Origin: an uncultured Chthoniobacter sp.
Lineage (GTDB): Bacteria > Verrucomicrobiota > Verrucomicrobiia > Chthoniobacterales > JACTMZ01
Reading direction: 5' to 3'
Assembly: GCA_964545425.1 (NCBI GenBank)
Contig: CAZJGQ010000001.1
Span: 1-57,986 of the forward strand
DNA: 57,986 nucleotides
Shown here piece by piece: positions 56,016-57,986 of the stretch. Both the position numbers and the translations under genes were made by a program. The notes below the pieces were generated by a model. That model was not told the DNA's origin and searched no databases. It saw only the letters and a list, made by a program, of their open reading frames with translations. The first letter of the stretch is position 1. Each line of letters begins with the position of its first letter.

Positions 56016-56963
56016 TCAGAAATCCAACTTGCTCGCGCGGGTCTTGATGAGCTCAGCATATCGCTTTTTGCTGACCTTCGAGCACAGACCGTGCTCGATG
56101 AGCGCAAGGGTTGCGGGAATTCCAGACGCAAAACGACGCAGGGCATTGTCCATCTGTTTGGCGCTCAGCATCAGCGTCTCGCCGAAGCGCAGAAAATCCT
56201 GCCGATCGATTTTGCGCTTTTTGCCGTTTAGCGTGAGCGCTGATTCCTCTTGGTCCTCGGGCAAAAGAAGATAGGTGGGCAGCAGATCGTAAGCTGGGGC
56301 CAGGCGCATTTCCCGATCCATGTTCTGCAGCAGGGAGAAATTTTTCAAATGCATGTCCGCATTGCCGGTCAGGAAGCAGAAGAGCGCGAGATCGAACAAG
56401 CGCAGGACGTCGAACACCGGAAGATCGCTGTAGCGCAGCACTGCGCGGCCGACCGACTCCAGCGAGCCGCGATACTTGTCGGCCGTCAGCCGGTCGGTGA
56501 GCTGGCACATGTCTTCCATCGGTAGTTTGTGGGGACCGGAGCGATCCATGCGACGCGCGATAAAGGCATGGCGACCATCCTTCATCTTGATCAACCCGCA
56601 GGAGGCGGTCGCGATGCCGAAGCACGCAGCCATCCGCATGGTCAAATGCTCCAATTCGGGCATTTCAGGATACCGCGAAACCGGCGGCTTGAGGATGTAT
56701 TCACCCTCGAGCCCCACGATGGTGAATCTCCCGGTGCCCCTCTTGGCCTCTCGCTCGAGGTGCAGCGAGAGCTTCGGCTGCACCCCGGGCACGGTGACGT
56801 GTTGCCGGATGACCTTGGCAGCCAACGCGTCCATTTCCTTCTGCGAGTAGGGAAGCAGCGGCGGCTGCGGCGCGTCGAACAACTCGCGGCAGCACGCGGA
56901 ATGATGAGACACCTCGCCTGCGGCCAGATCGCCCAGACAGATCAAACAACGCTCCTCACCCAT
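56016..56963 (-). CDS. hipT: HipA-family Ser/Thr kinase toxin lacking the N-terminal subdomain (HipT-like), 315 aa
   Basis: The ATG at 56963 gives MGEERCLICLG.... It has the Gly-rich loop VTVPGVQPKLSL, the catalytic motif GNADMHLKNFS and the Mg site APAYDLLP. The start overlaps the hipS-like stop by 8 nt (ATGGGTGA). Confidence 0.85.
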   Translation of the reverse strand: MGEERCLICLGDLAAGEVSHHSACCRELFDAPQPPLLPYSQKEMDALAAKVIRQHVTVPGVQPKLSLHLEREAKRGTGRFTIVGLEGEYILKPPVSRYPEMPELEHLTMRMAACFGIATASCGLIKMKDGRHAFIARRMDRSGPHKLPMEDMCQLTDRLTADKYRGSLESVGRAVLRYSDLPVFDVLRLFDLALFCFLTGNADMHLKNFSLLQNMDREMRLAPAYDLLPTYLLLPEDQEESALTLNGKKRKIDRQDFLRFGETLMLSAKQMDNALRRFASGIPATLALIEHGLCSKVSKKRYAELIKTRASKLDF

Positions 56964-57294
56964 GACGTTGCTCCTCCTCTTCCAACGGCACCACACCTAC
57001 GGCACCGATGCAGTCGCGGCAGCACGTCAGCAGCAGTCCCATGCGGTCACGCGGGTCAAGCTTCCACGTTCGCTCTGCGATTTCCAACAACCACCCCTCC
57101 GGGATAAGACCGTCGAAAAACGGAAAGAGCCGTTTGTCTTCGAACGGTTCGGGCTGCAAAGGCAGCGACAAGCTGACCGGCATGGCTCCCGGGGAATGCA
57201 AATAGTCCGGCAGGTAGGTGAACCGGTAAGAATCCTCGAGTTCCTCGAGGATGCCGGCAGGCCGGTCTTGCATGCGAACTTCAGCGCGCCTCAT
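56956..57294 (-). CDS. hipS: HipA N-terminal-subdomain protein (HipS-like), 112 aa
   Basis: AGILEE...YRFTYLPDY....PVSLSLPL......FPFFDGLIPEGW....DRMGLLLTCCRDCIGAVGV fits the couple_hipA/HipA_N pattern as a stand-alone ORF. Confidence 0.8.
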   Translation of the reverse strand: MRRAEVRMQDRPAGILEELEDSYRFTYLPDYLHSPGAMPVSLSLPLQPEPFEDKRLFPFFDGLIPEGWLLEIAERTWKLDPRDRMGLLLTCCRDCIGAVGVVPLEEEEQRHG

Positions 57295-57505
57295 GGCCGA
57301 CCTCCGCGCGGAATACCACCGGCTCCAGCCTGTGCCCGAACAAGGCCAGCACTTGGTTTACTTTATCCAAGCGCAGCGTCGGCTTGCCCTGCTCAAGGTC
57401 GCGAATGAAGCGCAAACCCACACCGGCACGGTCGGCCAGATCGCGCTGGGTCAGACCCAACCCGCGACGTTTGGCTTTGACAAACTTGACCAAGGACTCG
57501 CTCAT
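57281..57505 (-). CDS. hipB: XRE-family HTH protein (HipB-like), 74 aa
   Basis: LVKFVKAKRRGLGLTQRDLADRAGVGLRFIRDLEQGK is an HTH_3 pattern. It overlaps the hipS-like start by 14 nt. Confidence 0.8.
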   Translation of the reverse strand: MSESLVKFVKAKRRGLGLTQRDLADRAGVGLRFIRDLEQGKPTLRLDKVNQVLALFGHRLEPVVFRAEVGHEAR

Positions 57506-57513
57506 AGGACACC

Positions 57514-57596
57514 GATCGGGTATAAAGTTCGGTGCACAATCTCAAAAATACCTGATCGGGTATAAATGTCCAGAAAAAGTCCTTTCTATACCCGAT
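57514..57596 (-). promoter_or_regulatory. candidate hipB operator/promoter region: three copies of ATCGGGTATA
   Basis: GATCGGGTATAAA occurs at 57514-57526 and 57554-57566 (direct). TATACCCGAT at 57587-57596 is inverted and forms a 10-bp inverted repeat with the second copy. The first copy lies 9-21 nt upstream of the hipB ATG. Confidence 0.55.
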
Positions 57597-57626
57597 AGGG
57601 ATTTGCTCAGGCCGCACTTTTCACGA

Positions 57627-57658
57627 TTTCACGCTGTCCATTCGCTGTAACTTTTGAC
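57627..57658 (+). repeat. 32-nt repeat R, right copy
   Basis: TTTCACGCTGTCCATTCGCTGTAACTTTTGAC matches 3045-3076 at 31/32. It lies 132 nt inside the right tRNA-derived repeat. Confidence 0.6.
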
Positions 57659-57790
57659 CCCTTATTTGCGGGTCCAGGCAGGTGCAGGCGGGTATTTCGA
57701 AGGCGCCTAGGGCACGCCAGATTTGTCAGTCTCATCTCTGTCGTTAAACAACTTACAACAATCCGATAGAGACAACTCCAATTGCCGCCG

Positions 57791-57835
57791 TTCAGATTAT
57801 GAGCCTGACGAGCTACCAGGCTGCTCCACCCCGCG
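57791..57835 (-). pseudogene. orphan 5' fragment of tRNA-fMet (nt 1-45: acceptor 5' strand, D-arm, anticodon arm)
   Basis: It is identical to 2845-2889 except for one transition (2850 G / 57796 A). The T-arm and 3' acceptor strand are absent, since the sequence diverges after ...CTGAA. Confidence 0.85.
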
Positions 57836-57846
57836 ATTGGATGTCT

Positions 57847-57874
57847 AGATTAGCCTTGGGCAAACGGGTGTCAA
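57847..57874 (-). promoter_or_regulatory. sigma70-type promoter upstream of the orphan tRNA fragment
   Basis: On the minus strand: TTGACA (57874-57869), a 16-nt spacer, TAATCT (57852-57847), then 11 nt to fragment nt 1. It has the same architecture as the promoter at 2900-2927. Confidence 0.45.
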
Positions 57875-57986
57875 GCCCCGGGCGCGTATTTGGTGATGGT
57901 TTCGTCGCTGACCACGCCGATATACGGGAGGTTGCGGAATCGTTCCATGTAGTCGAGGCCGTAGCCGACGACGAATTCGTTGGCGA
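57871..57986 (-). CDS. hpt: hypoxanthine phosphoribosyltransferase, C-terminal 38 aa (rest outside window)
   Basis: Not in the ORF track because it has no start in the window. The minus-strand frame reads [37 protein letters not shown], which contains the conserved EFVVGYG.DY....RNLPYIG end of Hpt. The stop TGA is at 57873-57871. Confidence 0.75.
   Translation of the reverse strand, partial: ANEFVVGYGLDYMERFRNLPYIGVVSDETITKYAPGA

Overview
High-GC (about 60%) bacterial chromosome segment. PEP-CTERM sorting signals, an H-X9-DG prepilin-like protein and the glycan-catabolic gene content suggest Verrucomicrobiota (Opitutaceae-like); this is inference, as no database search was possible. The backbone is ileS (3' part) and lspA on the left, an initiator tRNA-Met (2813-2889, minus), and the 3' end of hpt on the right (57871-57986, minus, absent from the ORF track). 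Three pieces of the same tRNA gene are present: the intact gene, a perfect 30-nt copy of its 3' end (2510-2539), and a 49-nt copy of its 5' part (57791-57839). The 3' copy and the intact gene bracket a 273-bp cassette that encodes only an 82-aa GIY-YIG protein. The intact gene and the 5' copy bracket about 54.9 kb. That stretch begins with a tyrosine integrase and an Xis-like ORF and ends with a tripartite hipB-hipS-hipT module, so I read it as a tRNA-fMet-integrated genomic island with metabolic cargo. The cargo includes three tandem PEP-CTERM paralogs built from an unrecognised domain, and a YdeP-type molybdoenzyme operon (ferredoxin, MobA, MOSC-FdhD fusion). It also includes a P450, AraC regulators, two GH36-like alpha-galactosidases, RhaT, SDRs, FAH hydrolases, Eda and KdgK. 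Further cargo is an overlap-coupled MBL/unknown/acetoacetate-decarboxylase-like/1289-aa secreted protein operon, a fused E1alpha-beta/E2 2-oxoacid dehydrogenase cluster, and a small sigma-region-4 plus RpoA-CTD-like protein next to an FG-GAP protein. No rRNA, CRISPR array, transposase, phage or conjugation genes were seen. All product calls rest on motif recognition by eye, and start codons were chosen manually where the ORF track over-extends.
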